Source of the DNA: Thermoplasmata archaeon
GTDB taxonomy: Archaea; Thermoplasmatota; Thermoplasmata; Lutacidiplasmatales; UBA184
Direction: 5' to 3'
DNA length: 54,790 nucleotides
NCBI GenBank assembly: GCA_050749685.1
Contig: JBOGRS010000003.1
Span: 1 to 54,790 of the forward strand
Position 1 is the first letter of the stretch. Each line of letters begins with the position of its first letter. Of the stretch, positions 18,034-27,023 are shown in pieces. The notes beneath the pieces are model-generated. The model did not search any database. It worked only from the letters and a program-made list of their open reading frames with translations, and had not been told where the DNA came from. Made by a program: the position numbers and the translations under genes.

Positions 18034-18849
18034 ATGATGCCTCCCTCGGACCCCCACCGCCCCGTGGTGGTGAAACTCGGTGGCAGCATTCTCACGCGCA
18101 AGCGCGAGGCTCCCCGGGTCCGTCTCAAGGTCTTGGACCGACTCGCGAAAGAGCTTGCCGCGTGCCCGGACGTTCCGCTCGTGGTCCTCCACGGGGCCGG
18201 ATCGTTCGGTCATCCGATGGCCATGCGCTTCGGCCTAGTACGCCCCTCCAATCCGAATGGCGCGAACGCGGATCGTCGCCGTGGGGCGGCGATCGTCTCC
18301 GCCGAGGTCCGCCGCCTGCATGTTCGAGTCCTCTCCGAGTTCGTGCGTGTCCGGATGAACCCGTGGTCGATCCCCCCTGCCGCGCTGGCCCTCAACCGGG
18401 CCGGTACGCTGTCCCGCTTCGAGGCTCGACCCTTCGTGTCGGCGCTTGAGCTCGGTGTCGTCCCCGTATCCTTCGGCGATGTCGTCCCGGACGAATCCTG
18501 GGGATTCTCGATCCTCTCGGCGGATACTCTCGCCTTGGAGCTCGCTCGGACTCTCTCGGCCGAGCGCGTCGTCTTCGTGAGCGACGTGCCCGGCATCCTC
18601 GCGACGGCCCCGGATGGCCGGCGTACGATCGTGGCCGAGGTCACCCCCGAGGTCATCGCTTCCCTGCACCCGACCGAGGGCACCCCCGACGTGACCGGCG
18701 GCATTCGGGGAAAGGCCCAGGCGATGTGGGAGATCGCTCGCGCTGGCGTGGACGCAGGCCTTATTAGCGGATTGTCGGATGGGGCGCTCCTCCGAGCGGT
18801 CCAGGGGGAAACGAAGTACGGTAGCTGGGCACGAGCGCGACCCGGCTGA
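18034..18849 (+). CDS. Isopentenyl phosphate kinase (amino-acid-kinase fold; archaeal modified mevalonate pathway)
   Basis: N-terminal VVKLGGSILT...LVVLHGAGSFGHP matches the IPK signature (KLGGS...HGGGSFGH). The length of 271 aa fits. Confidence 0.9.
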   Translation: MMPPSDPHRPVVVKLGGSILTRKREAPRVRLKVLDRLAKELAACPDVPLVVLHGAGSFGHPMAMRFGLVRPSNPNGANADRRRGAAIVSAEVRRLHVRVLSEFVRVRMNPWSIPPAALALNRAGTLSRFEARPFVSALELGVVPVSFGDVVPDESWGFSILSADTLALELARTLSAERVVFVSDVPGILATAPDGRRTIVAEVTPEVIASLHPTEGTPDVTGGIRGKAQAMWEIARAGVDAGLISGLSDGALLRAVQGETKYGSWARARPG

Positions 18850-19930
18850 GACCTCCGACCCCGCCCGCTCAGGACTCGACTTAAGTCACCGCAAGGCCGA
18901 GCACGTCAAGGTCGTCCTCGCCGGGGAGGTGGAAGGCCGGTATCGGTACTGGAACGACGTGCAGATCGTCCACAACGCCCTCCCCGAGGTCGATTTCGAG
19001 GAGATCGACCCGTCGGTCACGCTCCTCGGAAAGCGTCTCGCGGCACCCCTCATGATCACGGGCATGACGGGGGGCTTTCCGGATGCCGTCAAGATCAATT
19101 CCAACCTCGCTCAGGCCGCGGCGGAGCTCGGGCTCGCGATGGGGGTCGGGAGCGAACGTGCGGCGATCCTCAAGGGCCAATACCCCGAGAGCTACTCGTG
19201 CGTCGCACAGTTCGACGTTCCGCTCAAGCTGTCGAACATCGGCGCGCCCCAGATCATTCCCCAGACCGAGGGCGCGACGGTCGTCGGCCTCGACGAGGTC
19301 CACGCCGCGATGGATCTCATCGGCGCGGATGCGCTCGCGATCCACCTCAATTTCCTTCAGGAGATGGTCCAGCCGGAGGGCGACCGGAAGGCCCGCGGCT
19401 GCTCGGCCGAGATCGGCCGGCTCGCCCGTCGCGTACCGGTCCTCGTGAAGGAGACCGGAGCGGGGCTCTCCCGTTCGGTGGCGAAGCGCCTTCTCGCCTC
19501 CGGGGTGCGCGCCTTCGACGTGAGCGGGACCGGAGGAACATCCTTTGCGGCCGTCGAGCACCATCGGGCACTGGCCCAGGGTGCGGTGCGGGAAGCCGCC
19601 GTGGGAAAGACGTTCTGGGACTGGGGGATCCCTTCCCCCGTCAGCGTCCGTGCGCTCGTCCCTCTCGGCGCACCGGTCATCGCGAGCGGCGGGGTCCGTT
19701 CGGGGCTCGACGTCGCGCGCGCCCTCGTGCTCGGTGCGACAGCCGCCGGGACGGCGGGCGGAGTCCTCAAGGCGGCCTCGGTCGGCTTCGACGAGACGAA
19801 GTCCGCGCTCGAGCAGATCGTCTACGAACTCAAGGTCGCGATGTTCCTCACGGGGAGCCGGACGGCCGGGCAGATGCGTAAGGTCCCCTACGTGATCACG
19901 GGCGAGACGCGAGCATGGCTCGACGCGTGA
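18779..19930 (+). CDS. fni: Type 2 isopentenyl-diphosphate delta-isomerase (FMN-dependent IDI-2)
   Basis: Motifs RKAEHVKV, PLMITGMTGG, LVKETGAG, SGTGGTSFAAVE and ASGGVRSGLDVARAL. The only in-frame ATG/GTG/TTG upstream of the conserved RKxEH motif is ATG 18779, which overlaps the IPK gene by 71 nt. Confidence 0.9.
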   Translation: MGRSSERSRGKRSTVAGHERDPAETSDPARSGLDLSHRKAEHVKVVLAGEVEGRYRYWNDVQIVHNALPEVDFEEIDPSVTLLGKRLAAPLMITGMTGGFPDAVKINSNLAQAAAELGLAMGVGSERAAILKGQYPESYSCVAQFDVPLKLSNIGAPQIIPQTEGATVVGLDEVHAAMDLIGADALAIHLNFLQEMVQPEGDRKARGCSAEIGRLARRVPVLVKETGAGLSRSVAKRLLASGVRAFDVSGTGGTSFAAVEHHRALAQGAVREAAVGKTFWDWGIPSPVSVRALVPLGAPVIASGGVRSGLDVARALVLGATAAGTAGGVLKAASVGFDETKSALEQIVYELKVAMFLTGSRTAGQMRKVPYVITGETRAWLDA

Positions 19931-21474
19931 GCCCCGAAACTGCCCCCGTCGGGGCGATCTCGGGGCCGGAAGCGATCCATCGCGAAAAGCTCGCCTGGCT
20001 CAAGACGGCCCCTCCGGGGTCCGGTCTCCCGTCCAATGTCGCCTGGCTCTCGAGCCGGCCGCCTTCCGAGGCGGCACGCTGGAAGGCCGTGGTCCGTCGT
20101 AAGCCGTCCCGGACGCTCTCGGGAGTCGCGATCGTGGCGGTCATGACCGCCCCCGCCCGCTGCCCGCACGGGCGGTGCACCTACTGCCCGGGGGGACTCG
20201 AGAACCGCAGCCCGCAGAGCTACACGGGCGAGGAGCCCTCCGCGCTTCGGGGGGCTCAGTTCGGGTACGATGCCCGGGCGATCACCCGCCACCGCCTCGA
20301 GACGCTCGAGTCCCTCGGTCACCCGACCAGTAAGGTCGAAGTGATCGTCATGGGCGGAACGTTCCCCTCGCGAGCGAAAGTGTATCGGGACGACGTCTTC
20401 CGCGGGATCTTCGAGGGGCTCAATGGCGCGACCTCGCCGACGCTCTCGGGGGCCCAGGCGACCAACGAACGGGCCGAGCGCCGTCTCGTCGGCCTTACCG
20501 TGGAGACACGGCCGGACTGGTGCGACGGCCGGGTGCTTCCCGACCTCCTCGAGGCCGGCGTCACGCGGGTGGAGATCGGGGTCGAGTGTCTGAGGGACGA
20601 GGTGCTGCGATCGTGCGGACGCGCCCACGGAGTCTCGGAGGTCGCCGCGGCCACGCGCGAGGCGCGGGACCGCGGGCTCAAGGTCGGCTACCACCTGATG
20701 CTGGGACTCCCCGGCATGGATCCTGCGAAGGACGTCGAGGACTTCCGGCGTATCTTCGACGATCCCGATTTCCGGCCCGACATGGTGAAGATCTACCCCA
20801 CGCTGGTCCTCGCCGGCACCGCGCTCTACGACGAGTGGAGGAGCGGTCGCTACACTCCCTACGACACCGCGACCGCGGTGGAGGTGCTCGCGCGCGAAAA
20901 GGCGATCCTGCCGTCATGGGTCCGCATCCAGCGCATCCAGCGCGATATTCCCGCCCGGCTCATCGCGGCCGGGGTTCGAACCAGCAACGTTCGTGAACTG
21001 GCCCTTCGACGCCTCGCGATGGAGGGGCGATCGTGCGCGTGCCTTCGGTGCCGGGAACCGGGGCGAAGGGCGTCTCCACCCTCCGATGCCTTCGCGATGA
21101 CGGAGCAGTCGTACCCGGCCGCCGGAGGGCGCGAGCACTTCCTCGCCTTCGAGGACCCCGGGACATCGACCGTCGCCGGCTTCCTTCGCCTTCGCTTTCC
21201 ATCGGCGCGGACCGTCGGGGGGCTCGAAGCGCCGGTCATCCGCGAGTTGAAGGTCCTCGGGCACGAGCTCCCCGTGGGTCGCGTTGCCGCGCGGCGCGAC
21301 GACTACCAGCACCGGGGTTTCGGTCGGGCCTTGGTCGAACGGGCTGAGGCGTTAGCGCGGGAGGACGGCCATCGACGGATCTACGTCATGAGTGCCGTGG
21401 GGACCCGAGCGTACTACGCCAAGTTCGGATACGAGCGGGCCGGCCCGCACTTGGCGAAAACCCTTTTCGCCTGA
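19915..21474 (+). CDS. elp3: Elp3-family radical-SAM / GNAT acetyltransferase (tRNA U34 modification enzyme homolog)
   Basis: SGVAIVAVMTAPARCPHGRCTYCPGG is the Elp3-type radical-SAM cluster motif. The C-terminal GNAT motif is HRGFGRALVERAEALARE. The start overlaps the IDI-2 stop by 16 nt. Confidence 0.9.
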   Translation: MARRVSPETAPVGAISGPEAIHREKLAWLKTAPPGSGLPSNVAWLSSRPPSEAARWKAVVRRKPSRTLSGVAIVAVMTAPARCPHGRCTYCPGGLENRSPQSYTGEEPSALRGAQFGYDARAITRHRLETLESLGHPTSKVEVIVMGGTFPSRAKVYRDDVFRGIFEGLNGATSPTLSGAQATNERAERRLVGLTVETRPDWCDGRVLPDLLEAGVTRVEIGVECLRDEVLRSCGRAHGVSEVAAATREARDRGLKVGYHLMLGLPGMDPAKDVEDFRRIFDDPDFRPDMVKIYPTLVLAGTALYDEWRSGRYTPYDTATAVEVLAREKAILPSWVRIQRIQRDIPARLIAAGVRTSNVRELALRRLAMEGRSCACLRCREPGRRASPPSDAFAMTEQSYPAAGGREHFLAFEDPGTSTVAGFLRLRFPSARTVGGLEAPVIRELKVLGHELPVGRVAARRDDYQHRGFGRALVERAEALAREDGHRRIYVMSAVGTRAYYAKFGYERAGPHLAKTLFA

Positions 21475-21568
21475 CGCAACCCTTTCTTGACGCGCGAGGC
21501 TCGCCGAGCGTTCGACTCGCGCAAGGGTTATCCCCCCGACGGTCTCCGCCGCCGCGAGAGTGACCCGC

Positions 21569-22765
21569 ATGGCCCGGAACATCCTGGTCGAACCGCTACG
21601 CACGGTCCACATCGAGGAACAGGGCGTCGAGCTCGTCGAACGTAAGGGCCTCGGACACCCGGACTCGATCGCGGACGGGATCTCGGAGAGCGTCAGCCGG
21701 GCGCTCTGTCGCCTCTACCTCGACGAGTTCGGCCGCATCCTGCACCACAATACCGACGAGACCCAGGTGGTCGGCGGCGCGAGCGAGCCCAAGTTCGGCG
21801 GCGGGAAGGTCACCTCTCCGATCTACGCCCTTCTGGTCGGGCGGGCCACGACCGAGGTCAACGGTGAGAAGTTGCCGTACCGCCAGGTCGCCGTCGACGC
21901 GGCCCGCGCCTATGTGAAATCCATCTGCGCCCATCTCGACACGGACAAGCAGATCGAGTTCGATTGCAAGATCGGCTCAGGATCCGTCGACCTCCGCGGC
22001 GTCTTCGAGCAGAAGACCGTCCTCTCGAACGACACGAGCTTCGGCGTCGGGTTCGCGCCGTACTCGGACACCGAACGCCTCGTGCTCGAGTCCGAGCGCT
22101 TCCTCACGACCAAGTTGAAGAAGAAGCTCCCGGCGCTCGGCGAAGACGTCAAGGTCATGGGATATCGGGCCGGCGACAAGATCCACCTCACCGTGGCGGC
22201 CGCGCTGGTCGATGGCGAGGTCGCCGACGCCGACGCGTACGCCAACGTCTGTTCCCAGATCCACGACAAGCTCGCCGACCAAGCGACGAAGCTGACGAAT
22301 CGCGAGGTCTCCATCGACGTCAATACCGCCGACGACCCCGAGCTCGGCCGATTCTACCTCACCGTCACGGGACTCTCGATGGAAGCGGGCGACGACGGGT
22401 CGGTCGGACGCGGGAACCGCGCCAACGGTCTCATCACCCCCTGCCGCCCGATGAGCCTCGAGGCGTCGGCCGGGAAGAACCCCATCAACCACGTCGGGAA
22501 GATCTACAATATCCTCGGTATCCAGATCGCGAACGACATCGTCAAGGAGACCGGGGGTAACGTGAAGGAGGTCCACGTCCGGATCCTCTCGCAGATCGGT
22601 AAGCCGGTCGACCAGCCCCAGATCGCGAGCCTTCAGATCCTCCCGGCCACGGGCGTGAAACTCGCCCAAGTGAAGGGACCGGCGGAAGCGGTCGCCCAGC
22701 ACTGGTTCGACGCGATCGACACGATCCCGCAGAAGCTCCTTACCGACAAGATCTCGGTCTTCTGA
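21569..22765 (+). CDS. Archaeal-type S-adenosylmethionine synthetase (MAT)
   Basis: MARNILVE...[29 protein letters not shown] closely resembles the archaeal MAT N-terminus. ATG 21569 is preferred over GTG 21560, which is the ORF-track start. Confidence 0.92.
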   Translation: MARNILVEPLRTVHIEEQGVELVERKGLGHPDSIADGISESVSRALCRLYLDEFGRILHHNTDETQVVGGASEPKFGGGKVTSPIYALLVGRATTEVNGEKLPYRQVAVDAARAYVKSICAHLDTDKQIEFDCKIGSGSVDLRGVFEQKTVLSNDTSFGVGFAPYSDTERLVLESERFLTTKLKKKLPALGEDVKVMGYRAGDKIHLTVAAALVDGEVADADAYANVCSQIHDKLADQATKLTNREVSIDVNTADDPELGRFYLTVTGLSMEAGDDGSVGRGNRANGLITPCRPMSLEASAGKNPINHVGKIYNILGIQIANDIVKETGGNVKEVHVRILSQIGKPVDQPQIASLQILPATGVKLAQVKGPAEAVAQHWFDAIDTIPQKLLTDKISVF

Positions 22766-22911
22766 TCCGGCCTGCCGGCACCGAACCCTCCCGCCGGCCG
22801 TCCCGGAGCTCCGGAAGGATGGCGCGTCGGGTCGTCTAAATAGTCCTTCATGCCCTCCTCGTCGGTGGTGTCGGCCCCGGCTCCCCGTACGCACGGCACG
22901 CCCGGTACCCT

Positions 22912-23853
22912 GTGAGCGGCTCACCGTCGATCCTCGTCATCGGCGTGGCCATCCTGGCGCTCGCGTCCGCTCTCCTCGGAATGGTCTACCTCATCTACCG
23001 TCTGAGGCTGCGACGCCGCCAGTTGCGGCTCGAGCTCAGCACGTCGGCGGACCTCGTGGAGGATCGCGCGTTCAATCAGATCCGGATCGCCCGCTCCGAG
23101 GCCGACATCCTGGATCGTACGGGGATCGACGTCCACAAGCCCCGCGATACGCTCACGCGGGCGCAACAGCGCTTCGACCTGCGGGATTATGCGGAGGCTC
23201 TGTCGCTCGCGAAATCGGCGCACGACACCCTGGTCCGCCTGCGCACCCAAGGCGCCCCCCGCCTCCCCGCGAACCCCGTGCCGTCGACGTCCGACCCGGC
23301 GGGGGCCGGAGACGAGGTGGCTCCGGGCATCTACGACGCGGCCCCGCCGAGGGACCGGGACGAGGCGGTGTCGCCGCCCCCCGCGCCGAAGCTCGCGAAG
23401 AATCGCGTCGAGTCCCATTTTCAGATGCGCCTCCTTGACGGGGAGGTCGAACGCGCCCGCGCCGCCGCGAGCCCCTCCGAGAGCCTCCCGGCGACCCTGG
23501 AACTCCAGGGCCAGTCCCGCGACGCGTACACGGCCGGAGAGTACACCGAGGCCCTCCGGATCGCGCTCAAGGCTCGTCGGACCCTCGGTGCCCAGCTCGA
23601 GACGCTCCCCGCGCCGAAGGCCGCACGGGCGTCCAGCTCGCCTGCCATGGGCGCCGTCCCACCGGGGAGTTCCCTTCCGAGTTCCCCGTCCGCGCCGTGC
23701 CCGAACTGCGGACGTGACCTGTCGAGCGCCGACCGATTCTGCCGCGGATGCGGGACCCCGAGGAACGCGGCTGCGTGCCCACGCTGCGGACTAGCGGCGC
23801 AGCCTTCGGACACCTTCTGCGGGAGCTGCGGCTCGCCCTTGCCGTCCGGCTAG
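22912..23853 (+). CDS. Membrane-anchored protein with C-terminal double zinc-ribbon
   Basis: N-terminal TM: ILVIGVAILALASALLGMVYLIY. Two helical hairpin-like segments follow (DYAEALSLAKSAHDTL and EYTEALRIALKARRTL). The C-terminus is CPNCGRDLSSADRFCRGCG...CPRCGLAAQPSDTFCGSCG. Confidence 0.65.
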   Translation: MSGSPSILVIGVAILALASALLGMVYLIYRLRLRRRQLRLELSTSADLVEDRAFNQIRIARSEADILDRTGIDVHKPRDTLTRAQQRFDLRDYAEALSLAKSAHDTLVRLRTQGAPRLPANPVPSTSDPAGAGDEVAPGIYDAAPPRDRDEAVSPPPAPKLAKNRVESHFQMRLLDGEVERARAAASPSESLPATLELQGQSRDAYTAGEYTEALRIALKARRTLGAQLETLPAPKAARASSSPAMGAVPPGSSLPSSPSAPCPNCGRDLSSADRFCRGCGTPRNAAACPRCGLAAQPSDTFCGSCGSPLPSG

Positions 23854-25085
23854 CCGGCGACGAGCGGGACCGACCCGAGGAACTCGTCGAGGCGTCGCTG
23901 GGTCCGCGCCTCATGAAGGAGGGCGCTGTTCGTGAGCCAGCGGTCGAGCGGGATCGCGAACGTGTTCGCGATCCGCGGGTAGAGGTCCGCGAGGGAACCG
24001 ACGTGCTCGGGCCGCCGCCGAAGCGCTTCTCGCACGTGCTCGCGGACGTTCCAGACGCCCAGCGGGAGGATCTCCCCCGGATGGGTCTCGCGAAGGATGA
24101 GCACCCCACCCTGACGTCCCTGCCTCAGGAGTTCCTCGGAGGCGGCGAGGCGCGCCGCGTAGTAGCATCCCCCGATCGAGGCGTAGGTCGTGCGACCGCG
24201 GTACCCCTCGTGGTCACCGACCATGACGATCTGGTCGGAGGAGGGGTTCCACAGGGTGTTGGGGTACCAGGCTTCGATCGACTCGTATCGGAATCCCCCG
24301 GGAAGGAAGACGATCATCCATCGGTTGTCGAGCGCCGTCAGTCGGTAGACCAGGTATTCGGAGAGCTCCGGGAGGTCGCGAATCTTCTCGAGGTTCATCT
24401 TCCCGACGAGGTCGTCCACCGCCGTGATACTCCAACGGGTCGGCACGAAACGGCGTCGGCCACGTCGCCCTAAGGTGCCGGCACTGAACGCACGCTGGAT
24501 GCGGCTCACCTTCACCCCGCGACCGTAGAGCTCGCTCACCGCGATCCGGGCGTTCGCGTCGGTGTCGCCGTGGAGTCTCTCGAGGTGCTGGTCGACCCGG
24601 CGGACGTCGAAGGTGACCTTTTCGATCGGCGCGCTCGGTCCGTACGGCGGGAGCTCGTCCGAGAGGGTGAGATGTCCTCGTGGAGGGCGGGCGAACCTGG
24701 CCTCCAGTTCGACGGAGTCGGTCGAGAGGGCGAGCGTCTGGACATCCTCGACCAGCCGGATCGGCTTCTCGGCATCGAGGACGTTCACCCGCTGGGTGCC
24801 GCGTACGAGCATCGTGCGGAACCCGACTACCTCCTGGACCGTCCGTCCGACCCAGTCCTCGGGAGTGTCGAGAAGGAGAGTGTCGCCATGCATGGGGCTC
24901 ACGAGCGGACCCAGCGAGACCTTCGGATAACCGAACCGTCCGACGAACAGCCCCGGGGGGGACGACCCGTCGAGGTCGACCCCACCGACCATCGGGAGGG
25001 TCTGGGCAAACGCCTGATACTTCACGAGGATGGGACAGACCGGCTTTCCGCAGAGAAGCTGGGCGGAGCGGCACCGTAGGCACAT
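23850..25085 (-). CDS. Nre-family (archaeal DNA-repair-associated, DUF650/651-like) protein
   Basis: ORF 23850..25358. I recognise MCLRCRSAQLLCGKPVCPILV as the N-terminus typical of archaeal Nre proteins, so the start is set at ATG 25085. The longer ORF would run through the tRNA-Pro gene. Confidence 0.75.
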   Translation of the reverse strand: MCLRCRSAQLLCGKPVCPILVKYQAFAQTLPMVGGVDLDGSSPPGLFVGRFGYPKVSLGPLVSPMHGDTLLLDTPEDWVGRTVQEVVGFRTMLVRGTQRVNVLDAEKPIRLVEDVQTLALSTDSVELEARFARPPRGHLTLSDELPPYGPSAPIEKVTFDVRRVDQHLERLHGDTDANARIAVSELYGRGVKVSRIQRAFSAGTLGRRGRRRFVPTRWSITAVDDLVGKMNLEKIRDLPELSEYLVYRLTALDNRWMIVFLPGGFRYESIEAWYPNTLWNPSSDQIVMVGDHEGYRGRTTYASIGGCYYAARLAASEELLRQGRQGGVLILRETHPGEILPLGVWNVREHVREALRRRPEHVGSLADLYPRIANTFAIPLDRWLTNSALLHEARTQRRLDEFLGSVPLVAG

Positions 25086-25298
25086 CGTCGGGTCCTCACG
25101 GAGACCCGGGATCGACCAATTGAGCGACTCGACCGGCGCCACGCCGTCGAGCAACGGGACGGTCGAGGACGTCGGCACGGACGAGGAATCGGTCAATGGC
25201 GTACTTAGGTCGTCGGGGGGATGATGAAACGCCCGCGCTCTCCCTCCGCCCTCAGGTTCAAATACCGACGGGAGGTGAGCGGCCCGTCCGCCCCTCGT

Positions 25299-25373
25299 GG
25301 GACTGTGGGGTAGCTTGGTCCATCCTTCGGGGTTCGGGACTCCGAAACGCCAGTTCAAATCTGGCCAGTCCCA
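25299..25373 (+). tRNA. tRNA-Pro (anticodon CGG)
   Basis: Hand-folded cloverleaf: acceptor GGGACTG/CAGTCCC; D arm GGGT..ATCC; anticodon stem CGGGG/CTCCG with loop TTCGGGA (U33, CGG, G37); T arm GCCAG-TTCAAAT-CTGGC; discriminator A. There is one extra nucleotide at the D/anticodon junction relative to the canonical layout. No encoded CCA. Confidence 0.85.
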
Positions 25374-25457
25374 CTCGCCGCACCCGAGATCCCGAGGTCC
25401 CCGGCATCAACCTCTGCCGAGCCACAGGTTCGGAGAGTCGGAAGTCCGAAGCCGGTC

Positions 25458-26828
25458 TCAGACGGATTCCTCGATCTCACCCACGACGGGCGGGCCCGAC
25501 AGCGCATCGGCCACTCCGTTGAGGATCTCAAGGTGGCGATCGACGTCCGCCTCCGAGTGGACGACCGAGATCGTCCACTGCTCATCGGGGCCGGTCCCCG
25601 AGGGGATGAGCCCGCGGTTGAGGCAGAGGTAGTAGTACAGGATCGACCGGTCGCCGTCGACCGTGAGGAAGTCCCTCCAATTGCGCACCGGGTGGTCGGA
25701 GAAATAGAGCGTCCCGGACGGGCCGTCGGCCGCGACGTACCCGGTGACCCGGTGATCCTGGAGGATCTCCCCGACGCCCTTGGCGAGACGTGCGTTCAGC
25801 GCGGCCGCGTGGGCGAGACCGTCGTCCGTGAGGACATGATCGAGGGTGGCGAGGGCGCACGCCATGGAGAGCGGGTTCGAATTGAACGTGCCTGCGTGGG
25901 CGATGCGTCGCGGACCCACGTTGTCGAGCACGCCGGGGCGGGTCGCGATCGCGGAGAGCGGCGCCCCGCACGCGATCGACTTGCCCAGGAGCATGATGTC
26001 CGGGGTCACGCCGAACTTCCCCGCCGCGCCCCGGGGGTACTTCGCCCCCGTCTTGATCTCGTCGAAGACGAGGAGGGCGCCGAGCTCATCCGCAAGTTCA
26101 CGCAGTCCGGCGAGGAAGCCCGGCTCCGGAAGGACAAACCCCATGTTCATCGGGATCGGTTCGAGGATGATCGCCGCCACGTCGTCGGCGTGCTCGCGTG
26201 CGATGGCCCGCGTTGCGTCAAGGTCGTTGAACGGCGCGACGAGGGTCCTCTCGGCGACCACCGACGGGATGCCCGGCCCGGCCGTCGCGGACCGGGGCCG
26301 GTCGGCCGGCCCGGCGACCTCGGCCCGTGGCTTCACTCCGACCAGGAGTCCGTCGTGGGAGCCGTGGTAGCAACCCTCGAACTTCACGACGTACGTGTGG
26401 CGGCTCACCGCGCGCGCGATGCGGAGCGCGTGGTGCGTCGCCTCAAGCCCGGTGGAGCTGAACCGCACCTGCCCCATCCCGAAGCGGCGGCAGATCCGCT
26501 CCGCGACCTCGGGAGTCCTCTCCCACTCGTACCCATAGAGCGTCCCAAGCTGGAGCTGGGCTCGCATCGCCTCCACGATCCTCGGGTGGGCGTGACCGCT
26601 CGCGAGGCCGCCGAACCCCATGTTGAAGTCGAGGTAGTCGTTGTCGTCGACGTCCCAGAGGTGGACCCCCTCGGCCCGACGGACGTAGAACGGATACGGC
26701 TCGAGGAAGCGGTAGTTGCTGTGGACGCCGAGAGGGGTCCACCCCCGCGCCTTCTTCCAGAGCGACGCGGAGGTCGGGGTCCGGCGCTCGTACTCGGCGA
26801 GCGCGTCGGTGAGATGCGCCTCCCCCAT
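25458..26828 (-). CDS. Class-III (PLP) aminotransferase, glutamate-1-semialdehyde aminomutase-like
   Basis: Motifs SSTGLEATHHALRIARA, KFEGCYHGSHD, LLVFDEIKTG and LLGKSIACGAPL (putative PLP-Lys). Confidence 0.85.
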   Translation of the reverse strand: MGEAHLTDALAEYERRTPTSASLWKKARGWTPLGVHSNYRFLEPYPFYVRRAEGVHLWDVDDNDYLDFNMGFGGLASGHAHPRIVEAMRAQLQLGTLYGYEWERTPEVAERICRRFGMGQVRFSSTGLEATHHALRIARAVSRHTYVVKFEGCYHGSHDGLLVGVKPRAEVAGPADRPRSATAGPGIPSVVAERTLVAPFNDLDATRAIAREHADDVAAIILEPIPMNMGFVLPEPGFLAGLRELADELGALLVFDEIKTGAKYPRGAAGKFGVTPDIMLLGKSIACGAPLSAIATRPGVLDNVGPRRIAHAGTFNSNPLSMACALATLDHVLTDDGLAHAAALNARLAKGVGEILQDHRVTGYVAADGPSGTLYFSDHPVRNWRDFLTVDGDRSILYYYLCLNRGLIPSGTGPDEQWTISVVHSEADVDRHLEILNGVADALSGPPVVGEIEESV

Positions 26829-27023
26829 CGTGGCCCCGGTCGGGCCCTCCTCCCGGAAGGACCGCCAAGCCGCGACTGAGGCAGGCTACTTAATTGTCGC
26901 GTGACGCCGCCGACCGTCGCGACCGCGCTCCGCGTGGCCTCCGGGCGATCGTCGTCGGAGCGCGGACCTCCCCGGGCCCCCGCGCGGGGTGATGGTTATC
27001 TAGCGTCCCCCGCATAGGCGACG

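Noticed and set aside
21475-21568. SAM riboswitch upstream of the SAM synthetase gene
   Set aside because: The only structure, the inverted repeat at 21478-21529, lies upstream of the TATA-like box and hence outside the likely transcript. I see no resemblance to known SAM riboswitch cores.
23850-23853. Convergent genes sharing overlapping stop codons inside a CTAG palindrome (also at 54665-54668)
   Set aside because: It is real but trivial: a by-product of compaction and of TAG being self-overlapping in CTAG.
25220-25227. GATGATGA, a C-box-like motif suggesting a C/D-box sRNA upstream of tRNA-Pro
   Set aside because: There is no CUGA D-box at a suitable distance and no terminal stem. It is probably chance.
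25086-25358. N-terminal 91-codon extension of the Nre ORF
   Set aside because: It would run antisense through the tRNA-Pro gene (25299-25373). The conserved Nre N-terminus MCLRC... starts at ATG 25085, which has its own TATA-like box upstream.
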